Assembly: GCA_903813345.2 (NCBI GenBank) | Contig: CAIIXF020000001.1 | Location: 42,904,001-42,968,000, forward strand | Direction of reading: 5' to 3' | DNA length: 64,000 nt | Origin: Owenia fusiformis | Lineage: Eukaryota | Shown: in pieces, positions 42,401-54,400 of the stretch | How the letters are laid out: each line of letters begins with the position of its first letter | How positions within the stretch are numbered: position 1 is the stretch's first letter | Translations under genes and position numbers: made by a program | The notes under the pieces: model-generated | What the model saw: only the letters and a program-made list of their open reading frames with translations | What the model was told of the DNA's origin: nothing | The model's database searches: none

Positions 42401-45400
42401 GGTGCTTTCGTCTACGTCAGCAACATTCGTAAAGATGGGAACGTTAGCGATGAGGACCTCCGTTCCACGATAGTTGCGTATGTTAAACAAAGAGGCATAC
42501 GTGTCATGAAAGCAGACATCGTACATAACCGAGTTTGCGATGATAAGGTTGGATGCAAAATTCATATTCCCAATGATCAAGTTACCCTAATACTTGGCGA
42601 AAATTTCTGGCCAGACGCCGCTATAGGTTGCCGAAGATGGGAAAAACGAACAAGATATAATAATAAAAATTCTACTTACCAACGTGCTAATGCAATTCCT
42701 GTCTTCACAGGGCACACCTATTCTAATGCGCGTGGCTATCATGCACAATACGATCCATACAAAACTGATGATGACTATGCATCAGACTGCTTCGCGTTTG
42801 ACGAAACTGATCGACAACAGGCTGTTTAATATGTGTGAAAATCTAAAACACTTGCTGTTTCTCATTTTATTTTTTGCTTTATTCAATAAACAGACCATAG
42901 TTTTTAACAATCAAGGTAATAGTGAGTTAAGACTAGCACAATGGAATTGCCGAGGTTTCAATGTATCTACTCTATATATTAAACATTTATTGTCACAATG
43001 CGATATCTTGGCTCTCTCAGAGCACAAACTCTATCCCTGTAACAGATTCAAGCTTGACTCCGTGCACTCGGACTTTCGGTGTTACAGCACAAGTAGCAAG
43101 AATCTAAACGATTTTAACTGTGGTAAAATATGGGGAAATGGTGGTGTTGCTATTTTCTGGCGTGATTCGTTGAGCAATTATGTTATTCCTGTTAAAAATA
43201 TGTCAACAGACAGGATCGTTTGTCTAAAGGTATCAATAGTGCAAACTGCGCCTATTTATATATTTTCTGTTTACTTACCTCAACAAAATTGTGAAATTGA
43301 CATGTACGACGATGTTTTATTCTCACTCGAACACTTTGTGCAAAAGGCTAGCATGGATGGCAGTGTTATAATTCTTGGCGACGTAAACAGTAATTTGGGC
43401 ACGCTTACGGGTTGTAGGGGTCATGGTAATCCCTCATCTAATGGTATCAAATTGTATGATTTTATGCAACGAAATCTTTTGACTGCAATTGATATGACAG
43501 ACTTAGCATGTGGTCCAAGACATACATTTGAAATGACTCGAAACAATGCTCTCCATGTTAGCTATATTGATCATGTCATTTTGTCTTACACGTTACGTGA
43601 ATGTGTTTTATCGTGTACAGTCCTGGAAGATGAGCCTGACAATACATCAGATCATCTTCCAATTCAAACTATATTAAATTTAAATGCTCAAATAGAACGT
43701 TGCCCAGATATTGAAGCCCCAAAAGGATTTGCTTGGAACAAACTCAACTGTAATGAAATAAAGGACTCGTACACTAATTCGGTTACATTGAAATGCAACG
43801 ATATTTTACTTGAACTGCGTTCTATCTTGTCCAGTCGGACACTAAACGCAGCAGAAATCGATCATTTCATCAATAGAATAGTAGAGAGTTTAATTTTATC
43901 ATCAAATGCTCATATACCAAAGAGGAAATTCCTGAAATATGTTAAGCCCTTTTGGAACTCCACTTTGACGTCATTAGCTAAAGATAAAAAGGCAAAGTGG
44001 CATAAATGGGTGTCTCAGGGTAGATCACGTGACCCTTCAAATGATGTTAGAAAACAATATAAAGAGTCAAAGAAAATATTTTCAAAAACCTATCAAGCTG
44101 CACAGCTTGAGTATGAAAGAGAGGAATTAGAAAAATTGTATACATCAGAACAATCAGATCAACGCTTTTACTGGTATCTGGTCAATAAACATAGAAGATC
44201 ATCAAAGAAATCTGTTAATCCAGTACTTGCCGACGACGGCCATTTAATTACAGATGCTAATGAAATCAGAGAACAGTGGAAGTGCCATTTCGAAAAACTA
44301 GCAACCCCTTTAAACAAACCGACGTTTGATAGTCATTTTAAATACGAAATTGAAAACAAGGTCCAAACAATTTTTAACAGTATATCGAATGATAGCACTA
44401 TTTTTAAAATTACTCCTGACATGGTTCATAGTGCAATAAAAGCTCTCCATTCAAAGCGTGCATGTGGTTATGATCAGATCAGTGCAGAACATCTAAAATA
44501 TGGCGGGGATTCCATGGTCCAAACAATTTCAATCATCTACAATATTATACTTCAGTCAGTCTACATTCCATGTAACTTCTGTATCGGCACAATGATCCCT
44601 CTTGTTAAAAACGGCAAAGATCCACTTGTAAAAGACAACTCAAGAGGTATTACGCTCATGACAATGCTTCGTAAATTATTTGACAACATTATTTTAACTC
44701 ATGTAAAAGCACCCGTACTAAATGCTATCCCTAAATTACAAGGGGCAGCTGTCGAGAAATGTTCATCAATCCATACATCATTACTTGTACAAGAAACTAT
44801 TTCTGAAAATGTAGAACAAGGTAAAATGGTAGTTTTAACAGTAACAGATATCCGAAAAGCTTTCGATTCTGTATGGATAGATGGCCTTCTTTTTAAACTT
44901 CACAACTGTGGTATTGGCGGTAAGATATGGAAAATTTTGTATATGCTATATAAGCGGTATAGTTGCTCGGTTTTAGTAGGAGGAAAATGCTCTGACTTAT
45001 TTCCAATATTACAGGGTGTCCATCAAGGCGGTGTCCTGTCCATGCTATTTTACCAACTTTATATGGCAGATATAATTGACTCCATGATTAAGCTAAACAA
45101 GGGATCAACCATAGGTTCGTTAAGTTGCGTTAGTCCTTCATATGCCGATGACATGTGCATCTTGTCGAATTCCTTTGAAAACATGCAAGTGCTACTTGAT
45201 CTACTTCATGCTCATAGTAATCAGTGGAGATATGAAGTTCATCCCGATAAGTGTTCGTTTCTCGTTTTTAATAGTAAAATCGAGCTAGGTGCAACTCAGA
45301 AACTTAATATCGGAGGTAAATCAATTGCAAAATCTGACTATGTGAAGCATGTCGGAATCCCAATTTCAACAAATAATGATATTTCTGATTATGTACAGGA

Positions 45401-48400
45401 TAAATGTAAGAAGGGCAAATCGCAGTACAATGCTCTGCTCGGTATAGGTAGTGGCTGCGGAGGCCTAATCCCAACATCTGCATGTCAAATATACAAAACG
45501 TACTCCATACCTACAATGACATACGGTGCCCATATTATCAACTATCAACAGAATGATATAGTTGTTCTAGAAAAGACACAACGAGAAATAGGACGGAGAA
45601 TTCAATCTCTGCCTCACTCAGCTAGTATTCCCATTTCAACTTTGCCCCTGGGCCTAATGGACGTTGAATTTTATATTGACTTTTTAAGAATGATGTTTCT
45701 CTGGAGTTTATTGCAACTCCCAAGCGCAAATATATATAAATGTCTTTTCACAATGAGATTTGTAAAAATGCTGCATGTTAACAATGAATGTAATACCTTC
45801 TCTCCAATAAAATGCATGTTACTGACATCAAAAAGGTACGATTTACATAACCATGTTCTAAATATGGTAGACTGTAAAATGTTCATCCCCAAAAATAGGT
45901 GGAAGAATATTGTGTATAGACAAATCGCAGCCGTTCAGATGCAAAGGACATTTTTCCAATCGCTAATGTACAAGGGCCTAAACTATTTTAGAATGGGTAA
46001 CTTTGAAATTCTGAGGCCAATTATATGGTGGAGAGTTGCAAGAATGTTCCCTTTTGCTTTAAGTAGTTGTAAAATAATGGTGAAACTGCTAGCAGATGAA
46101 CATGCGCTTAGATCAAAATATAGAGGTTCCGAAGATAAATCAGTTATATGCTCAATGTGCAGCACTTATGAAAAAGAAGACGTAGATCATTTCTTACTTA
46201 AATGCCCAGCAAATATATATATTATTTATAGAGAACAACTTAGTAATCATTGCTGCGAATGGGGTATCCAAATGAACACTAAAAACATTCTTGGCATAGG
46301 AATTGAAGAGTTGCACTTTACAAACGAACAACTACTTGTATTTTTAAAAGATATGGCATATATAGTTATGCAACAATATTTGTGTCGTCAACGGTACTTG
46401 ACAGGCTTACAAACTTAATGTAACTTTATCAGCGGGACAGGGTGGCCCTCAAGGGAGGAACATGGGCCGACCAGGGGGTAATATGCAATATGTATTTATT
46501 CTGAGTGTACCGACCTTGGGGAAGGTACAATAATAAGCAAAGCTTTATGTTTGTTTTTTCTTGATTGGTAGTTGCAACGTCAACGCGGCAGCCTGACGTA
46601 TTTGCAACAAACGATTATATCTCTTAAGCAGCTAAATACATTTTAGTATTACTCGCATATTTGTATTTATATTTATGTACACTTACTATACACACTAATT
46701 TAGAATTGCAACATAGGGCAACACCACCTTTCTTCAATTTACAAAAATTGTATATTTCTTTTACTAGTTTACAAGATATTGAAAGCATCTCATACTTTCA
46801 TACAGTACTGACTTTGGGGAAGGTATGATGATACGCTATGTCTTCCTTTTTATCTTTATAGAAAATGCAGATCCATAATGTCATTATTTATTAATCTCAA
46901 GAGTGTTAGGTAACAGGTCTATCTAGGCCTACGGCGTGCGTCTACGCGGTAGCTAGGCGTCGTCGTCAGTACAAAAAACAACAACAAAACAATGAATGTT
47001 TGTAAATATAGTCATTTTTTTATAATTGCGTTACAATTAGGTGCTAGGCCAATTTTGGTTGGCGGCGTGCGTCTACGCGGTAGCTAGGCGTCGTCGTCAG
47101 TCAAAAACAGCAATATTGTTTGTTTGTAAATAGTGATTATTTTTAATTTAACATTTACATAATTTGTATACATGTATCTCCTTTATATAAAGGGCAATAA
47201 ATATATACATACATACATACATAAGGCCTCTGATAAATCAGAATGTTCTCTTGTTCCTTTTTAAAAATTTTTACAATTCAACGTTAAGAAACTTACTAAA
47301 TGCTTCGTCATCAGATATAAAGTCATCGGGAGTCATTGATGACATCATTGACTGACGCTCCACCTGCTCTTGTAAGTTGGCGATTTTGATCTCATAATCC
47401 TGGAAATAATACATCAAACAATCCTCAAAATTTGACCTAACACATAACATATATTATTCCAGTAATAATTCCACGGGTCCTAGTTTTTTAACATTTTATT
47501 TACTATTTTGAGTGGAACACAACTTCTATATATTATTTTGCACATATTACTAAATAAATTAGGACCATCAACACCTGTAATTTTTAGAATCATTCATCTT
47601 GCACTTTTTGAATTGTAAGAAACATTGCACTTGCCCTCTCCCTATACATATGGAGACCAATAATGCCCTTTTGGCACCTAGGCCTGTACCACCAATGTTA
47701 ATTACATTTAATATGAAAATTATAGTAGTAATAATAAAAAAAATCAATTATCTAAAATATTTCTAAAATGTAGGCTCCAAATGAATCAAATATATTTTTT
47801 GATTGCAGGATCTAATGTTTACCTCTGAAGATATTAGTATCAACCATTCATAAAGTAAAACATTACAACTTGATACAGGCAGCAAATGAAAATATGGCCA
47901 TAATGCCATCATGTAGAATAATAAGTCATTTAGACCTCAGAATGCAACCTGTTTGCAACCCCCATCTGACAAGTCACAGCATGGACAAATAAAAATTAAT
48001 ACCGTGGGTACTGGGCTCACATGGTGTTGCTCAAAAGTGAATGATGGCTAAAATGGCAGAAAATAAAAAAATAGATGTAAATTTTGCCAATTTTTTGTAA
48101 CAAAATTATTTCATACATACTCTTTACAGTTACATGGGTTTTTACAATGCAGGACACATGAAATTATTTGTTAAGCTAGGAAATGGGCCAAAAGTGAATT
48201 CTGCGAGACAAAAATGGCGACCATTTTGAAAATAGGCAAGCTTTTGAACCAGGAGTCATAGGGGGTCTTCTATATTGATGTTGAACAAAAATAACTTAAA
48301 ACGGGAATCCTATTGACAGAGGTTTTAAAACTGGCCAATTGTTGACAGACAGACAGACCGACAGACGGACACGTAAGTGATTGCAATAGCTCACCAGGTG

Positions 48401-51400
48401 AGCTAACAAAATGAGAAATTGAATATAACATTGTCTAACTTAGCAGTTGAAAATGCCTAAAGCTAATCAATAATAATTGTCTTGCTGAATACATCTGCCA
48501 ACCTATCTGCTGTATTACAATTGCAATCAAATAGGTAGTGAATAATTCCAGATGTATAAACATTTCAGAAGAGGTATCATCAGAATGAAGGGAAAAATCA
48601 AAGCAACATTTTTAAGTGCTGTTATCGCTACTGTGATTTTCTTTTATATATACAGGCCATTTGTTATGGATGAACGAAGACAAGAACATCAAGAACAAAA
48701 TTTGAATCGAATCAATAAAGAAAAAGATTTGGTTTCTATTCAAAAGAATAGAGACCATAAAGAAAAAGTGATTAAAGAAATACCAGTAGATAAATTTGAC
48801 ATCAAAGGTGTGTCTCTCAAAGCTAATGTCAATGAAAGAAATGATGTCAAGGAAAAATCTGATATAAAGGGGCTGTCTCTCAATGAAGACAAAGTTGACA
48901 TCAATGGAAATACTGATGTCAAGGAAAAATCTGATGTCAAAGGAAAATCTAAAACCAAGGAAGCACTTCTTGTCAAGGTAGAGGCTCAAACCAAGGATTT
49001 ATCTAAGATCAAGAAAGTACCTGATATAGGTCCCATTAAAACTACTGACAAGTGGATAATCGTTACAAGTATATCCTCTCCAACAGAAGATGTCAAAAGT
49101 TTGGCAAAATTGTCAGAATGGCAGCTACTGGTTGTTGCTGATACAAAAACTCCAAAAGACTGGCAGTAAGTATGTTCTATATCGTGTTCAATGTTCAACT
49201 TGTACAATTTTTTCCCATGGTATCAATAAGGTAATTTTTCAGGACTATGATCATAATAGTAACCTTTTGAACAGTGCAAAATGTTTTAATGTTGAAAAGT
49301 TTCACTCAAATGAGTTATATTCTCCAATTAATTGATTTCGAGGTAATTTTGACCTTAAAATGATTCACACAGATTATCAATATAATTTTGACCTTCCTGA
49401 AGTAAGTTCTAGCCTTGAGTACATGTATTTGAACTATTCTTCTTAGTCCAGGAATGTAGAATGTAACATAAGACACTGAGTTAAATGTCATTTTTTAAGT
49501 CACCTGTTATGATGTGGAATATAGGCAAAGACTATAAATATGAAATTTGACTTAAAGTGCCATGCCCATTTTTCTCTCCCACATCTCTTAATAATATTTA
49601 TTAAATACCACTTGGCTATGAAAGTAACTAACTGTAGACTAATATCCAGTTTCTAAGATATTTTGGAAAAATTATATCTGAATAAATATATTTCCCGAAA
49701 CTTTACTTCTTTGTATTAAATTATCCTCTCATCAATGGTGAACTATTATGAGTAACATTTGAAGGACCACGAGTTGTTTGTAGAATGAATCGGGGTACTT
49801 TTTTCATGCATTTCGCTTGTGTTTTTCACCCAGAAACATCAATACACTTTAAAACATATAATTGACTATAATATCGCACCATATAATCCAAAAAAATATT
49901 TTTCATTTTCGAGGATTATCTCTGGATTAACACCCAGATATTGTTATTTTTCAAACATCAGAGGGCTAAGTACAATCGCTTTTGAATAATATTAATGCTG
50001 TTTTTGAATAGGTTTCATGTATGCCAATAATTTCTCAAATTGTGTAAATGGTACCCCTTCCTTAATCCATAGAATTTTCTCTTTGACGAATTTCCCATAG
50101 TAATCCAATGGTATCATTTCAAGCAGATTTTGAGGTAACAAGATAACAGGAAAGTTAATCATTAATACACACCTTATTGGGTTGTTTGGCTTATATAACA
50201 AGCGAATGAGGTGTGTATTAATAATTAACAAATCATAATTCACATATTTAACCCCTGGTGAAATAATTAAATGGTTAATTAGCACGGTGGGGAATCAAAT
50301 CAAAGACACAGTCGTGAACTACAACTCATGAAAAGACTACTCTTTGTCCATTGTTCATACATTGATAAGAAAATATAAGCAGTTGTCCAGATTAAGTTGA
50401 AACAGTAGAAAAATTTTGCTTTTTCTTGTAAAACCTGTACATATAATTCAACTTTACTACACATTTGAAAAGATTTTCAAATAATAAATTGAAGCCATTA
50501 TAAGAAAATGACCCCTCCCTATTCAAAAATGTTTTGACGAAGCTTTATTCACATTGAATACGATACAACATCAGTTGACCAAATGAGAGCTTCAGGGTCC
50601 ATTGCTTAATGAAAAAAAAAGGATTTAATGAATAACACAATTTGCCATTTGAAAAGATTTTCAAGCTTGATTGAAACTCAAATGCAGTGTATAACTCATT
50701 TTGATGCTCTCAACATCTTTCTCCTTACAACTAGAAATATGCTCTGATTTAGTTGGTTACAATTTGCAATCTAGTATCATCAGAAAGGAGGGGTAACCAA
50801 AGGGCAAATTGTGTCATTCATTTAATCATTTTTTTCATTAAGCAATGGACCCTGAAGCTCTCATTTGGTCAACTGATGTTGTATTCAATGTGAATAAAGC
50901 TTCGTCAAAACATTTTTGAATAGGGAGGGGTCATTTTCTAATAATGGCTTCAATTTATCATTTCATAGTCACATTATTTGTTCAATATGAATCAAAAACA
51001 AGAAACCTTATATAGAGACATTGATGATAAGATTAATGTAATGCGCTTGCCCGCATTCCCAACAGCACAAGATTCTGAAAAAGTGCAATAAAAACAACAT
51101 AAACGCATGAGTATAATGGCATGAAATAGCAGTAGTATAACGAACATTAATTTCTTAGTCTCATGTCAAAAAATAATTCTTTGCTGGGTTTGGTTTATTC
51201 TCTTTGTCATTCTAGATTGAAATATCTCGTGAAATAAGCTTGTTTCTCGTAAAATAAGCTCGTTTTTCATGAAATAAGCTCGTTTCTTACACTTACATTT
51301 CTACTCGGGGATGAATTATATTTCTAGAATTTGGATAATAAAAATGTGATTGTTTGATGTATTATGACCAATTGACCATGTTCATTAAGTATTAATTCAT

Positions 51401-54400
51401 AATAACACTCATAAACTTGCAAGAAAAGAGACAATAAGAGATGTTCTAAATTATTCACATGCCCTCAAACCACCCCAATGATTTTTTAGTAAAATTTGAT
51501 CCAAAGGGTTTGTGTTTCTAATAAAAAATACATAACTTATTTGTATATACTTGAGCGCTACAAACAAAATTAAATTCCTTAAATCAGAAATGAATAAGAG
51601 AGACAGGCAATTTGCTATAAAGATAAAGTTGTCACATAAATCATTATGTCTACAATCAACAACTCGTTTTTCAGACTGGTTGCCTAAACGACATTTAACA
51701 AGTAGACTCAGCTTAATTTAAGATTAACATGCCAAAACCAGATAAAAACTTTTATTTGGAATGATCATATCAATAATTAATTCATCCAATAGGCATAGAA
51801 GGATTTCATAAAAGCATTCGCATGTTTTAGATCGACATGCTACTTAATCACCATATTGAAAAAACAACCTTAGACAGTAATTCTAATATGATTAAAGATT
51901 TGCATGTACTGAGCCTGAAGAATGCAGGATACTTGTGGAGGGGGTTCTTCCCATTTCCATTAACAATTTGAAGTGGATAATATATACTTGTTATAAGAAG
52001 CAATAATGATCAGAACAGCTCCCAAGGAACTAAAACAGTAGAAGAAAGCTCTTAGACCTGATTGGAGAAGTTAAAAAGTTAAGTTTGCAAAAGTTAGCCT
52101 TTCCATATAATTCACAAGGTGATGTTTTAATATTCATGAATATGATACATGCTAACAAGGAAATTGCTCACTGGATTGACCAAAATTGTTCATTGTAGAC
52201 AGGTAATCCCTACAGAGAGGGTCCATGTTTTGGCCGAACCCCAAAAACCAATTTGCTGAATAAGCAATTAATTATTGTAGATGATGAATTTCTGATGTGA
52301 TAGTAGAGATGTTGCTTCAAAGAGCATATATTCAACATTCACCAACTCCATTTTGTAGCATTTACTATCTGCAAGTTTGGCTCAATATCACACAACTAAA
52401 TTTGTATAAAACAGTTGTATTGTGCAGTAGCTTGTCAGATGAAATCAACTTTTGTTGAAAGATAGCATTAGTGTCAATTGGCAATTTATATCAAACAGAT
52501 TAATTTTTAAAAAAAATATAAGGGTAAACAGTTGCAGAGATGTTGCAGCGTGTCACCAATCAGCTTATTCTAATCTCATTGATATAAATCTAAGCTCTTC
52601 AGAATCACATATTGGATTAAGCCATTCATATCTCTGAAAAACAATGGTAAGCACAGAGTAAATAAACAATCTTCCACTTTCCCTCTGTACATGTGAATTT
52701 TCAAAATGTTCCTTGTTCCCAGTTGACAGGTGTTCCTTACAGAGAGGGTCTGTAAAGGTGTAAGTCAATGGGAAAATATTTATTCTTTTGAAAACTGTTC
52801 GTTGTAGACAGGCGTTCCTTACAGAAAGGTGTTCAATTAGACAGGTTTTATACTCGTACATATGACATATCAAGTTCTAAAATACAATCTTCTTTTATAC
52901 TTTCAGTTTGGATGGTGTTCTATTTTTGAGCATACCTGCACAGAAAGCTCTAGGTTATAAGGTACTGGACCATATCCCATATGGTGTATATGGCCGCAAG
53001 ACCATAGGATACCTCTATGCAATACAGGTAGGCAACAATTGAAAAAATATGAATGTTAGTTTTTCATCACATTGAATGACCTTCTTTTATATATTACCAT
53101 GTGAGCTTTTTCAATCCTTGATCTCCCTACCAATGGTTCATAAGAAGACGTAATGAATGAAAAGTTAAGTTTATGTTTGTTCTTGTATTTGTTGTATATG
53201 CGACAAGGCAAAACACATCAGAATGTTATCAATGTTAATTCTTGACTTTCAGCATGGTGCAAAAATTATTTATGAAACAGATGATGACAACCATCCAACT
53301 GATGAACTCAAAGGTTTCATTACAACTGACAAGATGTATGGCGTTGTACCATCAACAAACACGACTGTTCTGAACGCTTACGCTTACTATGGACAGCCAA
53401 CAACATGGCCCAGAGGTTACCCTTTAGACAAGATTGGGGACAATATCACAAACAAGTACAATGCAGTGCACTGGAATCGACCATTGATACAACAAGGGGC
53501 TGTTAATGGTGACCCAGATGTAGACGCCATCTTTAGGCTTACCCGCAAATCAAACTCTAAACTACTAAGTCTAACATATGATGAGTATATGCCACCGCTA
53601 TATTACCCCAGAGGGACATTTGTTCCATTCAATTGCCAGAATACTCTCTACCATTATGATGCATTCTGGGGTCTCTTTCTGCCAAATTCAGTGACATTCC
53701 GTGTAACTGACATATGGAGAAGTTACTTCACGCAGACCCTACTATGGCTAATAGGTGGCCATATAGGTTACATGCCCCCTAATTGTTACCAGTTTAGGAA
53801 TTATCATTCCTACATTAGTGATGCCAAGCAAGAGCAGAAGCTGTATTATCAGGCAGGTGATCTTGTCCAGTTTTTATCAAATTGGAGATGCAAATCCAAC
53901 AATCTTACTTCATGTATTCAAATATTAGCAGACGATATGGCTCACAAAGGATTCTGGGACATTTCTGATGCTAAGCTGGCAGCCGCATGGTTACAAGATC
54001 TTGTTTCCATTGGATATAAATTCCCATCGATGACAACAGAGCTACTAAATGAACCAGTCAAATTTCAAATTACTCTTCAAACTGAAAACAGATTCCCAGT
54101 GTCCCTTCCGTCCAGTCCAAAATATTCAAATATTGGAGAGAAAAAATTTAAGATCAAAGCTCTACTTGACAAGACATGCTATAAGACACATGAAATGAGA
54201 CAGTCCAACAAGATCCAACAGATACAGAGAAATCCCATTTTATTGCTGGTAGTATTTAACACCCCGCATTATGAGAACATTCCATATTTGGAAGCACTCT
54301 ATGAAAGTCATTTTGTCAAAACAATATACTGCGGCCCAAAATTTCCAGGTAAAACCTTTTTCAAGGATTGGGATATTAATTTTATAACGTTTGATGCAAG

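Larger units (their letters stand above)
41335..47223 (+). mobile_element. Full-length, apparently intact non-LTR retrotransposon (APE-RT LINE; clade CR1/L2/RTEX-like, not resolved)
   Basis: Two uninterrupted ORFs, about 800-bp 3' UTR, AATAAA at 47196-47201 then a (TACA)n tail; 5' boundary approximate (agagcagacgtgt just before ORF1). Confidence 0.92.

Noticed and set aside
42684..42830. ORF-track start of ORF2 at 42684
   Set aside because: It is a GTG overlapping ORF1; the first ATG after the ORF1 stop (42831) is the more plausible start
53223..53252. ORF-track Met start for the 669-aa ORF
   Set aside because: Intronic; the tttcag acceptor at 53252 joins exon 2 to restore YLYAIQHGAK
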